Shown here: positions 9,602-18,736 of the stretch, in pieces
How positions within the stretch are numbered: position 1 is the stretch's first letter
Layout: each line of letters starts with the position of its first letter
Assembly (NCBI GenBank): GCA_028875855.1
Contig: JAGWVA010000005.1
Location: 27,535-91,534 of the forward strand
Direction of reading: 5' to 3'
DNA length: 64,000 bases
Origin: Paracoccaceae bacterium
GTDB lineage: Bacteria; Pseudomonadota; Alphaproteobacteria; Rhodobacterales; Rhodobacteraceae
Translations under genes and position numbers: made by a program
The notes under the pieces: generated by a model
Database searches by the model: none
What the model was told of the DNA's origin: nothing
The model's input: the letters and a program-made list of their open reading frames with translations, nothing else

Positions 9602-10198
9602 TCACTCCTCGCCGAGGCCGTATTTCTGCAAGAGCTTGCCCTGCCCCATGAAGAAAACGAACAGGGCCGCCGTCAGCACGAAGGTCTTGAACGTGACCCA
9701 GGCCGAGGTGGACATCGTCCGCCACACGATCTCGTTGGCGAGGGCCAGGCCGAAGAAGAACAGCGTGAGCCGCTTCGTCAGGATCATCCAGCCCTCGTTG
9801 CGCATCGGCATGACCTCTTCGACGACGACCTTCAGATAGGACTCGCCGCGCAGAAGCCCCACGCCAAGGATCGAGCCGAACAACAGGTAGATGATCGTCG
9901 GCTTCATCTTGAAAAAGGCCTCGTCGTTGAACCAGACCGACAGCCCGCCAAAGACGATCACCAGCACCAGCGTCGCGATCTGCATCTTTGAAAGCTTGCC
10001 CGTCAGCCACCACAGAAGCCCGGTGGACAGGATCATCAGCGGAATGAACCCCGCCGTCACCGCGATGAAGGCGTCATAGGTCGTGCCGTGAAAGGTGACG
10101 GTGTGCCCCTTCATCCGGCTGTAGGCGATGAAGAACAGCACGACCGGCGCAAGCTCGATCACCAGTTTCAGGATCGGGTTGATCTTCTTCTCGCGCAT
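9602..10198 (-). CDS. yciB: Intracellular septation protein A
   Basis: From the ATG at 10196-10198: MREKKINPILKLVIELAPVVLFFIAY..., a five-TM YciB/IspZ-like sequence. The track ORF was trimmed. Confidence 0.85.
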   Translation of the reverse strand: MREKKINPILKLVIELAPVVLFFIAYSRMKGHTVTFHGTTYDAFIAVTAGFIPLMILSTGLLWWLTGKLSKMQIATLVLVIVFGGLSVWFNDEAFFKMKPTIIYLLFGSILGVGLLRGESYLKVVVEEVMPMRNEGWMILTKRLTLFFFGLALANEIVWRTMSTSAWVTFKTFVLTAALFVFFMGQGKLLQKYGLGEE

Positions 10199-10310
10199 CG
10201 GCCTCTCCTGTTGCTTCTGGCTGAATGCCGTCAAACGACCGCCGAGGCAAGCCACGAGCGCGAGACCGCGCGCTGTCACGGCAGGGGCCGGGTCGCCCCG
10301 GCCCAAGGCC

Positions 10311-10592
10311 CTATTGCGCGGTCATGGCCGCGTAGGCCGTCTGCTCGCCGTTCGCCTCGCACCCCGAGGTCGTCTTGGCGACGGCCTGCGCCACCGCCGC
10401 CTCGTCCATCGCCATCGCCGCATCGGGCGAGACGGCATGCATCTCGGCCACCGCCTTGGCCTTGTCCGCATCGCTCATGGCCAGAAAATCGGCACAGGTC
10501 ACCGATTTCGGATCGGTCTGGGCCGCGGCGACGCCGGGCAGGCTCAGGCCAAGGGGCAGCGCCACAAGCGCCATGGCAAGAATGGGTCTCAT
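10311..10592 (-). CDS. Small periplasmic HdeA-like protein
   Basis: ATG at 10590-10592 with GGAG upstream. Signal peptide MRPILAMALVALPLGLSLPGVAAA. VTCADFLAMSD plus a second Cys resembles the HdeA WTCEDFL... motif pair. Confidence 0.5.
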   Translation of the reverse strand: MRPILAMALVALPLGLSLPGVAAAQTDPKSVTCADFLAMSDADKAKAVAEMHAVSPDAAMAMDEAAVAQAVAKTTSGCEANGEQTAYAAMTAQ

Positions 10593-10740
10593 TGTCGATC
10601 TCCTTGCAATGCGCCCCGGAAGGGGCGTTCCGGCCGCCGGGCATCGGCGGTCTGCCGCAAGGGTCCATCGCGGAAGATGCGCCGCCATTGCGCCCGCGCA
10701 ACGGCCATTTGCCCCGGCTGAAGCCAGCCGAGGGCGCGCG

Positions 10741-11640
10741 CTATTTCGCCAGTTCGACCAGCACCGCGCCGCTGGCGATCAGCGCCATCAGCAGGAACCG
10801 GTGCCGTCCCACGCGTTCGTTCAGCAAAAGCCAGCCGATCAGGGCGGCGAAGACGGTCGAGGTCTCGCGCAGCACCGCCGCCTCTCCCACCTTGTCGAGC
10901 CGGGTCGCCATCATGATCGACCCGAAGCTGAACCACGCCACGACAGCGCCGATCACGCCGCGCTTCATCAAGGGCACGATCTGCGACGAAGGCAGGCTTT
11001 GCCAGCGCTTGCGCGTGTAGATCGGCATGAAGATCCCGTCGATGGTGAAGAACCACGCAAGGAAGGTGAACGGGTCTTCCGCCGCGCGGATGCCATAGGC
11101 GTCGTAGGTCGTGTAAAGCGCGACAAAGGCCCCCGTCGTCACCGCCAGCCCAAGCGCCGGCACCAGCGTCTCGCGGTCCACGGTGACATGGCGCAGGTTG
11201 TAAAGCGCAAGGCCAAGGATGCCGCTCACAAGCATCAGCACCCCGCCCCACTGGCCAAGCGTGAAATGCTCGCCGAACACCATCCGCGCCCCGATCACGG
11301 CAAACAGCGGGCCGGTGCCGCGCACCACGGGATAGACGACGGTATAGGCGCCCCGCGAATAGGCCATTGCCTGCAAAAGCTTGTAGGCCACATGGATGCA
11401 GAACGCGCCCCCCAGCAGCAGCCAGAGCCGCGGCGTGGGCCAGGGCACGGCGAACAACGCCAGCGGCAGCGTCATCAGCCCGTAGCTCGCGTCGATGGCG
11501 GCCCGGCTCAGCCAGGGATCGTGCCGCCCCTTCTGAAGCGCGCCGAAGATCGCGTGCAGCACCGCCGCCAGCAGCGCAAGGCACAGCGCCGCGACATGGC
11601 CCTGGGGCGTCCCCTCCAGCGATGCGATGAAGGCTGTCAC
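10741..11640 (-). CDS. DMT (EamA) family transporter
   Basis: Ten-TM-like hydrophobic protein with two EamA-type halves. I prefer the GTG start at 11640 over the track start at 11667, because it avoids overlapping the upstream stop at 11645. Confidence 0.75.
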   Translation of the reverse strand: MTAFIASLEGTPQGHVAALCLALLAAVLHAIFGALQKGRHDPWLSRAAIDASYGLMTLPLALFAVPWPTPRLWLLLGGAFCIHVAYKLLQAMAYSRGAYTVVYPVVRGTGPLFAVIGARMVFGEHFTLGQWGGVLMLVSGILGLALYNLRHVTVDRETLVPALGLAVTTGAFVALYTTYDAYGIRAAEDPFTFLAWFFTIDGIFMPIYTRKRWQSLPSSQIVPLMKRGVIGAVVAWFSFGSIMMATRLDKVGEAAVLRETSTVFAALIGWLLLNERVGRHRFLLMALIASGAVLVELAK

Positions 11641-11644
11641 CCGG

Positions 11645-13066
11645 TCATGCCCCGCGCAGCACGGCACCGGGATTGAGGATGCCCAGCGGATCGAGCGCCG
11701 CCTTCACCGCCCGCATCGCGGCGAGCTTCGCCGGATCGCCGTAGCGTTCCAGATCCTCGACCTTCAGCCGCCCGATGCCGTGTTCGGCGCTGACCGATCC
11801 GCCCATCTCGTGGACCATGTCGTGGATCATCCGCTTCACCTCGCCGCGGCGCGCCTCGTAATCGGCACGGCTGCGGCCCTTCGCCGGGAAGACGTTGTAA
11901 TGCAGGTTGCCGTCGCCCAGATGGCCAAAGCAGTTCACCCGCCAGTCGTCCGCCGCCGCGAGCCTTGCGCCCATCCTGTCGATGAAGGCCGGAACTTCCG
12001 AAAGCGGCAACGAGATGTCATGCGAGGAGATCGCCCCGATCTTGCGGTTCGCTTCGGGGATGCGCTCGCGCAGGGCCCAGAAATCGGCCCGCTGCGCCTC
12101 GGACTGCGCGATCACGCCGTCCGAAACAAGTCCGGCCTCCGCGCCCGCCTCGAAGATCGCCTCCAGCGCGGCGGTCACATCCTGCCCGCGCGGCAGGCCA
12201 AGGTCGATCAGCACCGTCCATTCGGGGGGCGTTTCAAAGGGCTGGCGCATCTCCGGGATCGCCTCGGTCAGGAAATCGAAGCCCATCCGGTGCATGAGTT
12301 CGAAAGCCGACACCCCCTCGCCCAGCCGGTCGCGGGCGAGCGCGAGCAGTTTCAGCGCGGCCGCCGGACTTTCCACCGCCATCAGCGCCGCACCCTCGAT
12401 CGCCGGGCGCGGGAACAGCTTCAGCGCCGCCGCCGTGATGATCCCCAGCGTGCCCTCGGACCCGACGATGAGATCGCGCAGGTCATAGCCGGTGTTGTCC
12501 TTCCTCAGTCGCTTGAGCCCGTGCCAGATCGTGCCATCGGCCAGCACCGCCTCGATGCCAAGGCAAAGCTCCCGCGCATTGCCATAGCGCAGCACGTTCA
12601 CGCCGCCCGCGTTGGTGGCAAGGTTGCCCCCGATCCGGCAGGACCCCTGGCTTGCGAGCGTCAGCGGAAAGAGGCGGCCCGCCGCCTCTGCCGCGTCATG
12701 GACATCGGCCAGCACCGCGCCGGCTTCGGCGATCATCACGTTTTCCTCCGGATAGACCGCCCGCACCGCGGCCATCCGCTCCAGCGACAGGATCACCGGC
12801 GCGGGCGCGCCCTCGGCGATGATCTGCCCGCCGACAAGCCCGGTGCCGCCGCCCCAGGGCACGATCCCGACCCGGGCGTCGGCGCACAGCCGCACGATGG
12901 CCGCGACCTCCTCTGCGCTTCGCGGCGCGACCAGCGCGCCGGCATGGCCGAAGAACCGCCCCCGCGGCTCTTCCAGATAGGCCGCGCTCAGCGGTTTGAG
13001 GCTCCCGGGACAGGCAGCCTCCAGACGCGCGGTAAAATCGGCATCGGCCGCGTTCAAGACCGTCAT
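11645..13066 (-). CDS. FAD-binding oxidase (GlcD / D-2-hydroxyacid dehydrogenase family)
   Basis: From the ATG at 13064-13066: MTVLNAADADF... with VVPWGGGTGLVGG-type FAD motif (IVPWGGGTGLVGGQ) and C-terminal SAEHGIGRLK. The upstream part of the track ORF overlaps the GNAT gene and was discarded. Confidence 0.85.
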   Translation of the reverse strand: MTVLNAADADFTARLEAACPGSLKPLSAAYLEEPRGRFFGHAGALVAPRSAEEVAAIVRLCADARVGIVPWGGGTGLVGGQIIAEGAPAPVILSLERMAAVRAVYPEENVMIAEAGAVLADVHDAAEAAGRLFPLTLASQGSCRIGGNLATNAGGVNVLRYGNARELCLGIEAVLADGTIWHGLKRLRKDNTGYDLRDLIVGSEGTLGIITAAALKLFPRPAIEGAALMAVESPAAALKLLALARDRLGEGVSAFELMHRMGFDFLTEAIPEMRQPFETPPEWTVLIDLGLPRGQDVTAALEAIFEAGAEAGLVSDGVIAQSEAQRADFWALRERIPEANRKIGAISSHDISLPLSEVPAFIDRMGARLAAADDWRVNCFGHLGDGNLHYNVFPAKGRSRADYEARRGEVKRMIHDMVHEMGGSVSAEHGIGRLKVEDLERYGDPAKLAAMRAVKAALDPLGILNPGAVLRGA

Positions 13067-13078
13067 GTTCAAAGGCCC

Positions 13079-13128
13079 TTTCACCTTGGCCAAATATCCT
13101 CGGGGGTGCGGGGGGCCGAGCCCCCCGC
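13079..13128 (+). repeat. Intergenic repeat, copy 1 (TTCACCTTGGCCAAATATCCTCGGGGGTG plus a GC hairpin)
   Basis: About 30 of 32 nt identical to 26244..26280. It is followed by an 8-bp stem GCGGGGGG-ccgag-CCCCCCGC. Confidence 0.55.
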
Positions 13129-13145
13129 TGCGCCGCCCGCCATCC

Positions 13146-13730
13146 TCACCCGATATCCGTCCGCCCGCGCCGATCCCCGCGCAGGTTGGCGTAAAGCACA
13201 TGGTTGCGCCAGCGCCCGTTGATCTGAAGATAGCTCTGCGCGACGCCCTCGTATTTGAAGCCGCATTTCTCCAGCACCCCGCGCGAGGCGGCGTTTTCGG
13301 GCAGGCAGGCGGCCTCCAGCCGGCTGAGGTCAAGCACGGTGAAGGCGTGATGCACGACCGCCTGCAACGCCTCGCGCATATATCCGTGCCGGGCGTAGGG
13401 CTGACCGACCCAGTAGCCCAGCGTCCCCGCCTGCGCCGGACCCCGACGGATATTGTCGAGCGTGATCGCCCCCAGCAGCACCTGATCGTCGCGGCGGACC
13501 AGAAAAAGCGGCAGCGCGGTTCCGGTCCGCACGGCGCGGGCGGCCCAATAGACCCGGTTGGCAAAGGCCCGCCGCGCAAGATGGTCGGCGGCCCAGGTCG
13601 GCTCCCACGGCTGGAGGAAGTCGGCCGAGCCGCGCCGCAGTTCGGTCCAGGCAGCGTAATCGGACTGGAGCGGCAGACGCAGGGTCAGCCGTTCCGTCTC
13701 GATCCTGCGCTTACCCCCGAAGGGCCACAT
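13146..13730 (-). CDS. GNAT family N-acetyltransferase (RimJ/RimL-like)
   Basis: 194 aa. ERLTLRLP..., GAITLDNI, GYWVGQPYARHGYMREAL and GVLEKCGFKYEG are typical of RimJ-type GNATs. The ATG overlaps the upstream stop (ATGA). Confidence 0.8.
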   Translation of the reverse strand: MWPFGGKRRIETERLTLRLPLQSDYAAWTELRRGSADFLQPWEPTWAADHLARRAFANRVYWAARAVRTGTALPLFLVRRDDQVLLGAITLDNIRRGPAQAGTLGYWVGQPYARHGYMREALQAVVHHAFTVLDLSRLEAACLPENAASRGVLEKCGFKYEGVAQSYLQINGRWRNHVLYANLRGDRRGRTDIG

Positions 13731-14992
13731 CAGGCGGCAAGCCTCCGCCTCATGGACTCGAGATCGGGGGCCGCGCTGGCGGGGCCGTAAAGCGCAAGCG
13801 CCACGCGGCCGCTGTCGGCCATCCTGCCGGCATGGGCGCGCACCGCCTCGGCGGTCACCGCATCGATCTTGGCGACCGCTTCGTCGATGTCGGGCACCCT
13901 GCCCCAGATCGCGAGCAGCCGCGCCAGACGTTCGGCGCGGGCGGACGGGCTTTCCAGCCCCATCAGCAGTCCCGCCTTCATCTGGGCGCGCGCCCGCGCG
14001 ACCTCGGCTTCGGTCATGTCGCCGGTCGAGCGTTTCAGCTCGTCGATCGTGAGCCCCGCCAGTTCCGCGATCTCGGCACCCGAGGTGCCGGCGTAGATCG
14101 TGAAAAGGCCCGTGTCCTCATAGGCGCCGGACTGCGCGAAGATCGAATAGCACAGCCCCCGTTCCTCGCGGATCTTCTGGAACAGTCGCGAGGACATGCC
14201 GCCGCCAAGCGCCGTCGCCAGCACCTGATCGACATACATCGCGTCGTCGCGGTATCCCGGCGCCTCGAAGGCAAGCGCGAAATGCACCTGTTCGAGCGTC
14301 TTCAGCTCGCGCCGCTCGCCGCCCGCGAAGGCCGCAGGCTGCACCACCGCGCTGCCGACGGGCTTTAGATCGCCGAAGGCCTCGGTCGCCAGCGCCACGA
14401 TCCGGTCGTGATCGACCCCGCCCGCGGCGGCAAGGATCATCTGGTCCGGCCCGTAATGCTCGGCCACGAAGCGCTGCAAATCCTCGCGCCGGAAGCTGCT
14501 GACCCGTTCGGCGGGCCCAAGGATGGTGCGCCCGAAGGGCTGGTCGGGATAGGCGGCCTCTTGCAGCCAGTCGAAGATCACGTCGTCGGGCGTGTCGAGC
14601 GCCTGCCCGATTTCCTGAAGGATCACGTGGCGTTCGACCTCGATCTCCTTCGCGTCGAAGACCGGGTTCAGCACGATGTCGGAAATCACGTCGATCGCCA
14701 GCGGCACGTCCTCGGCCAGAACGCGGGCGTAATAGGCGGTCATCTCGCGGCTGGTATAGGCGTTGATGTAGCCGCCCACATCCTCGATCGCCTCGGCGAT
14801 CTGAAGCGCGCTGCGCCGCGACGTGCCCTTGAAGGCCATGTGCTCGAGGAAATGCGCGATGCCGTTCTGTTCGGTCCGTTCGTGCCGCCCCCCGGCGGTC
14901 ACCCAGACCCCGACAGAGGCGGATTGCAGGCCCGCCATCGCTTCGGTCACGATGCGCAGGCCGTTGGGCAGGGTGGTCAGACGCGCGCTCAA
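13730..14992 (-). CDS. M16 (pitrilysin) family zinc peptidase
   Basis: LTTLPNGLRIV... and the HFLEHMAFKGT zinc motif. The only sensible start is a TTG at 14990-14992 overlapping the thrC stop. The longer track ORF runs into thrC. Confidence 0.85.
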   Translation of the reverse strand: MSARLTTLPNGLRIVTEAMAGLQSASVGVWVTAGGRHERTEQNGIAHFLEHMAFKGTSRRSALQIAEAIEDVGGYINAYTSREMTAYYARVLAEDVPLAIDVISDIVLNPVFDAKEIEVERHVILQEIGQALDTPDDVIFDWLQEAAYPDQPFGRTILGPAERVSSFRREDLQRFVAEHYGPDQMILAAAGGVDHDRIVALATEAFGDLKPVGSAVVQPAAFAGGERRELKTLEQVHFALAFEAPGYRDDAMYVDQVLATALGGGMSSRLFQKIREERGLCYSIFAQSGAYEDTGLFTIYAGTSGAEIAELAGLTIDELKRSTGDMTEAEVARARAQMKAGLLMGLESPSARAERLARLLAIWGRVPDIDEAVAKIDAVTAEAVRAHAGRMADSGRVALALYGPASAAPDLESMRRRLAA

Positions 14993-16380
14993 TGCCCGGT
15001 CCTTTCGCGGATCAGGGCTTCCAGCGCCGCAAGGTCGTTGGCGACCTCGGTCACGCGCTCGGGCCGGTCGAAGAGGTCGGCCATGCGCGCAGGCAGCGCC
15101 GGGCGCTTGCCGGTCGCGGCCTCGACCGCGTCGGGGAACTTGGCCGGGTGGGCGGTGGCCAGCGTCACCATCGGCGTCGCGCCAAGGTGATCCTCGGCCA
15201 CCTTCACGCCCACCGCCGTATGCGGGCAAAGCACCTCGCCGGTTTCGCGGAACATCCGCGCGATGGTGGCCGTGGTTTCCTCTTCCGACACCCGGCCCGA
15301 GGCGAATGTCGCCCTCAGCACCTCAAGCGCGCCCTGGCTGATGTGAAAGCCCCCGGCTTTCAGCTCGGCCATGAGCTGCCCCACCGCCGCGCCGTCGCGG
15401 CCGTAAGCCTCGAACAGCGCGCGTTCGAAGTTGGACGAAACCTGGATGTCCATCGACGGGCTGATCGAGGGTTTCACCCCGTCGGGCACGTAATCGCCCG
15501 AAGACAGGGCGCGGTGCAGGATGTCGTTCTGGTTCGTGGCGACCACCAGCTTCTCGATCGGCAGGCCCATGCGGCGGGCGATGTAGCCCGCGAAGATGTC
15601 GCCAAAGTTGCCGGTCGGCACGGTGAAGCTGACCGCGCGATGCGGCGCGCCAAGGCTGACGGCGGCGGTGAAGTAATAGACCACCTGCGCCAGCACCCGC
15701 GCCCAGTTGATCGAGTTCACGCCCGCCAGCCCCACCGCGTCGCGGAAGGCGAAGTCGTTGAACATGTCCTTCACCCGCGCCTGGCAATCGTCGAAATCGC
15801 CATGCAGCGCGAGGGCGTGGACGTTCGCCTCCGCAGGCGTGGTCATCTGGCGGCGCTGAACCGGGCTTACCCGCCCATGCGGGAACAGGATGAAGACATC
15901 GACATTGGCAAGACCGCGGAACGCCTCGATCGCGGCCGACCCGGTATCGCCCGAGGTGGCCCCCACGATGGTGATCCGCTGGCCCGAGCGCGACAGCGCG
16001 GCCTGGAACATCTGGCCGATCAACTGCATGGCGAAGTCCTTGAAGGCCAGCGTCGGCCCGTGGAACAGCTCCAGCAGGAAATGGTTCGGGGCAAGCTGCA
16101 CCAGCGGCGCGCGCGCGCTGTGGCCGAAGCCCGCATAGGCCCGGGCGATCAGGGCGCGGAATTCGTCATCTGCGAAGGCGTCGCCCATGAAGGGGCGCAT
16201 GATGCGGAAGGCCGCGTCCTCATAGGACAGCCCCGCAAGGGCCGCGATCTCTGCCTCGGTCAGCGTCGGAATGGTTTCGGGCACGTAAAGGCCGCCGTCC
16301 CGGGCCAGCCCTGTCAGCATCGCCTGTTCGAAGGAAAGCACGGGGGCTGCGCCCCGGGTCGAAACATACTGCATCGTCAC
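14989..16380 (-). CDS. thrC: Threonine synthase
   Basis: 463 aa. MQYVSTRG, the PLP-lysine context HGPTLAFKDFA, and GATSGDTGSAA. Confidence 0.95.
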   Translation of the reverse strand: MTMQYVSTRGAAPVLSFEQAMLTGLARDGGLYVPETIPTLTEAEIAALAGLSYEDAAFRIMRPFMGDAFADDEFRALIARAYAGFGHSARAPLVQLAPNHFLLELFHGPTLAFKDFAMQLIGQMFQAALSRSGQRITIVGATSGDTGSAAIEAFRGLANVDVFILFPHGRVSPVQRRQMTTPAEANVHALALHGDFDDCQARVKDMFNDFAFRDAVGLAGVNSINWARVLAQVVYYFTAAVSLGAPHRAVSFTVPTGNFGDIFAGYIARRMGLPIEKLVVATNQNDILHRALSSGDYVPDGVKPSISPSMDIQVSSNFERALFEAYGRDGAAVGQLMAELKAGGFHISQGALEVLRATFASGRVSEEETTATIARMFRETGEVLCPHTAVGVKVAEDHLGATPMVTLATAHPAKFPDAVEAATGKRPALPARMADLFDRPERVTEVANDLAALEALIRERTGH

Positions 16381-16384
16381 CTGC

Positions 16385-17062
16385 CTAGACCTCTTTCCGC
16401 CTGATACGCCACAGCAGCAGCCCTGTCATCCCCAGCCAGCAAATCGCAAGGGAAAACCATGTGATGGCGTAGTTGAGGTGCTGGTTGCGGATGCCCGACG
16501 TGTCCACGGGCATCGGCGTGACGGTCGCCGCCTCGCCCGGCGCGCGCTTGGCCACGATCAGGATCGGTTCGGTCTTCAACGCTTGGGCCATCTTCGGCAC
16601 GTCGCGGGCGAACCAGATGTCGTCCTTGAGATCCGGCGCGGGCGTGAACATGTCGGTCTCGCGCGGCCAGTCGAGGTTGCCGACCAGCGTGGTGTCGTAT
16701 CCGGGCGGCGGTTTGGCGGCCTGCGGCTGCGGGATGAACCCGCGATCGACCATCACCCGGCGGCCATCGGTCAGCGTGAAGGGCGAGATCAGCCGGTAGC
16801 CCGCCCCGCGCTCGGCCGTCGAGGTCAGAACCTTCAGCACCTCGCCGCCCACATGCCCCTGCGCCGTCACCGCCAGATAGCGGTCGTGGTCGGGGTCGGG
16901 ATGCGCGGGCAGACTAATCGGCGGAGCGGAGATCTTGGCCGTGATCGCGGCCAGCAGGTTCTCCTTCCATGTCAGGCGGTGCAGCTGCCAGACGCCAAGG
17001 CTGACGAGGATGCCCGCCCCGACCAGCCCGAGCAGGAGCGGAAAGATGTAGCGCCGGTTCAT
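16385..17062 (-). CDS. SURF1 family cytochrome oxidase biogenesis protein
   Basis: From the ATG at 17060-17062: MNRRYIFPLLLGLVGAGILVSLGVWQLHRLTWK..., with a C-terminal TM NQHLNYAITWFSLA. It lies downstream of ctaE. Confidence 0.85.
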   Translation of the reverse strand: MNRRYIFPLLLGLVGAGILVSLGVWQLHRLTWKENLLAAITAKISAPPISLPAHPDPDHDRYLAVTAQGHVGGEVLKVLTSTAERGAGYRLISPFTLTDGRRVMVDRGFIPQPQAAKPPPGYDTTLVGNLDWPRETDMFTPAPDLKDDIWFARDVPKMAQALKTEPILIVAKRAPGEAATVTPMPVDTSGIRNQHLNYAITWFSLAICWLGMTGLLLWRIRRKEV

Positions 17063-17071
17063 GGTGATCCC

Positions 17072-17109
17072 CGAAATGAAAAGCGCGAAGCCCAAGGGCC
17101 TCGCGCTTT
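17072..17109 (-). terminator. Hairpin plus T-tract between ctaE and surf1
   Basis: On the minus strand: AAAGCGCGAGGCCC-tt-GGGCTTCGCGCTTT (one mismatch) followed by TCATTTC. It sits about 15 nt before the surf1 ATG, so it is probably an attenuator and not a full stop. Confidence 0.45.
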
Positions 17110-17147
17110 CTTAGACCTCATTCTGGCGGGGTCAATGACCCCTTCCG

Positions 17148-17960
17148 TCAGGCGAGACCGTTGCCGCCCCAGATATAGACCAGCGCGAAGAGGAACAGCC
17201 AGACGACATCGACGAAGTGCCAGTACCAGGCGGCGGCCTCGAAGCCGACATGCTGTTCGGGGGTGAAATCGCCCCGCAGGGCGCGGATCAGGCAGACGCC
17301 CAGGAAGATCGTCCCGATGATGACGTGGGCGCCGTGGAAGCCCGTCGCCATGAAGAAGGACGCGCCGTAGATGTTGCCGGCGAAGCCAAAGGACGCCTCG
17401 CTGTATTCATAGGCCTGGAAGCAGGTGAAGAGCGCGCCAAGACCCATGGCGAGGATCAGCCCGTTCACGAGATCCTTGCGGTTGTTCTCGTGCACCAGCG
17501 CATGGTGCGCCCATGTCGCGGCGGCGCCCGAGCAGAGCAGGATCAGCGTGTTGATGATCGGCAGGTGCCAGGGGTCGAAGGTCTCGATCCCGGCCGGGGG
17601 CCAGACGTGGAAGGCCGCAGGCGTGGTCGGGCCGCCGGGATACATCGCGTGCTTGATGAAGGTCCAGAACCAGGCGGCGAAGAACATCACCTCGGACATG
17701 ATGAACATGATGAAGCCGTAGCGCAGGCTGATGCGGACAACGGGGGTGTATTCGCCCGAGTTGCCTTCGCGGATCGTTTCCGACCACCAGCCATACATCA
17801 CGTAAGCCACGACGAGCGCGCCGGCTGCGAACATCCAGACGCCCATGTGATGCATCCAGAGCACCGCGCCGAACAGCATGATGAACGCGCCGACGGACCC
17901 GAGGAAGGGCCAGATGGACGGCGGAAGGATTACATAATCGTGGTTCTTTTCGTGCGCCAT
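17148..17960 (-). CDS. ctaE: Cytochrome c oxidase subunit III
   Basis: 270 aa. [15 protein letters not shown]..., [10 protein letters not shown] and [14 protein letters not shown]. Confidence 0.95.
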   Translation of the reverse strand: MAHEKNHDYVILPPSIWPFLGSVGAFIMLFGAVLWMHHMGVWMFAAGALVVAYVMYGWWSETIREGNSGEYTPVVRISLRYGFIMFIMSEVMFFAAWFWTFIKHAMYPGGPTTPAAFHVWPPAGIETFDPWHLPIINTLILLCSGAAATWAHHALVHENNRKDLVNGLILAMGLGALFTCFQAYEYSEASFGFAGNIYGASFFMATGFHGAHVIIGTIFLGVCLIRALRGDFTPEQHVGFEAAAWYWHFVDVVWLFLFALVYIWGGNGLA

Positions 17961-17978
17961 TGGCGATCCCTCGTCGGC

Positions 17979-18518
17979 TCAGTTTAAGATTGCGACAGGC
18001 GGCTTGGTCACGGCCGCCTGACGTTCGGGCCCTTTGGCCTCATGGAAAGTGTAGGACAGGGTGATGTCCCGCAGATCGGCGAACTTCGGGTTCGACGCGA
18101 TGGACGGATCGACGAAGAAGGTCACCGGCATCTCGATCTTCTCGTGCGGGGCAAGCGACTGCTGCTGCGTGCAGAAACAGGCCACACGGACGACATACTT
18201 GTCCACCGCGGCGGGCGTCACGTGATACTGCGCCTGCCCCACAAGGGCACGGCTGCCCGAATTCTCGGCCTGATAGAAGGCGATGCCCGTCTCGCCCAGC
18301 CGCAGCGTCATGCGGTCGGCAAGCGGGCGGAAGTTGTAGGGATTGCCCGCCGTCGGCAGGGCGGCGAAATGGATCGTCACCTTGCGGTCCAGCGGGCTGA
18401 CCGGGCCGATGCCCGCCAGCCGGGAAAGCTGCGGCCAGGCCGCCCAGGCCGCGCCGCCAAGGCAGCCACCGATCACCGCCAGCGCGATCAGGACGGGAGC
18501 GGCGCCCGGAACTTTCAT
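17979..18518 (-). CDS. ctaG: Cytochrome c oxidase assembly protein CtaG/Cox11
   Basis: 179 aa. Single TM, then VACFCTQQQSL...MPVTFFVDP, typical of Cox11. Confidence 0.9.
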   Translation of the reverse strand: MKVPGAAPVLIALAVIGGCLGGAAWAAWPQLSRLAGIGPVSPLDRKVTIHFAALPTAGNPYNFRPLADRMTLRLGETGIAFYQAENSGSRALVGQAQYHVTPAAVDKYVVRVACFCTQQQSLAPHEKIEMPVTFFVDPSIASNPKFADLRDITLSYTFHEAKGPERQAAVTKPPVAILN

Positions 18519-18736
18519 GGCTTGGTCCCCGCTGCCGGGCCGGAGACGGTGGCGCTTGCACCGGAAGACACCGAGGTCGCCGGTTGCGCCTTCTTCGCCC
18601 AGGGCCGCGGCTGGTCCGAGACCTTGACGATCGTGATGCCGAAAACGATGACGACAAAGGCGATCAGCGACAGACCAAGCCCGAGATTGCGGCCCAGCCG
18701 GCGCTTGTGCAGGTCGTGGTCGGGCTGAAAGGACAT
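18515..18736 (-). CDS. Small single-TM protein between ctaB and ctaG
   Basis: MSFQPDHDLHKRRLGRNLGLGLSLIAFVVIVFGITIVKV... (73 aa). It has ATGA overlaps at both ends, with the ctaB stop and the ctaG start. It is the 3' part of track ORF 18515..19462. Confidence 0.45.
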   Translation of the reverse strand: MSFQPDHDLHKRRLGRNLGLGLSLIAFVVIVFGITIVKVSDQPRPWAKKAQPATSVSSGASATVSGPAAGTKP

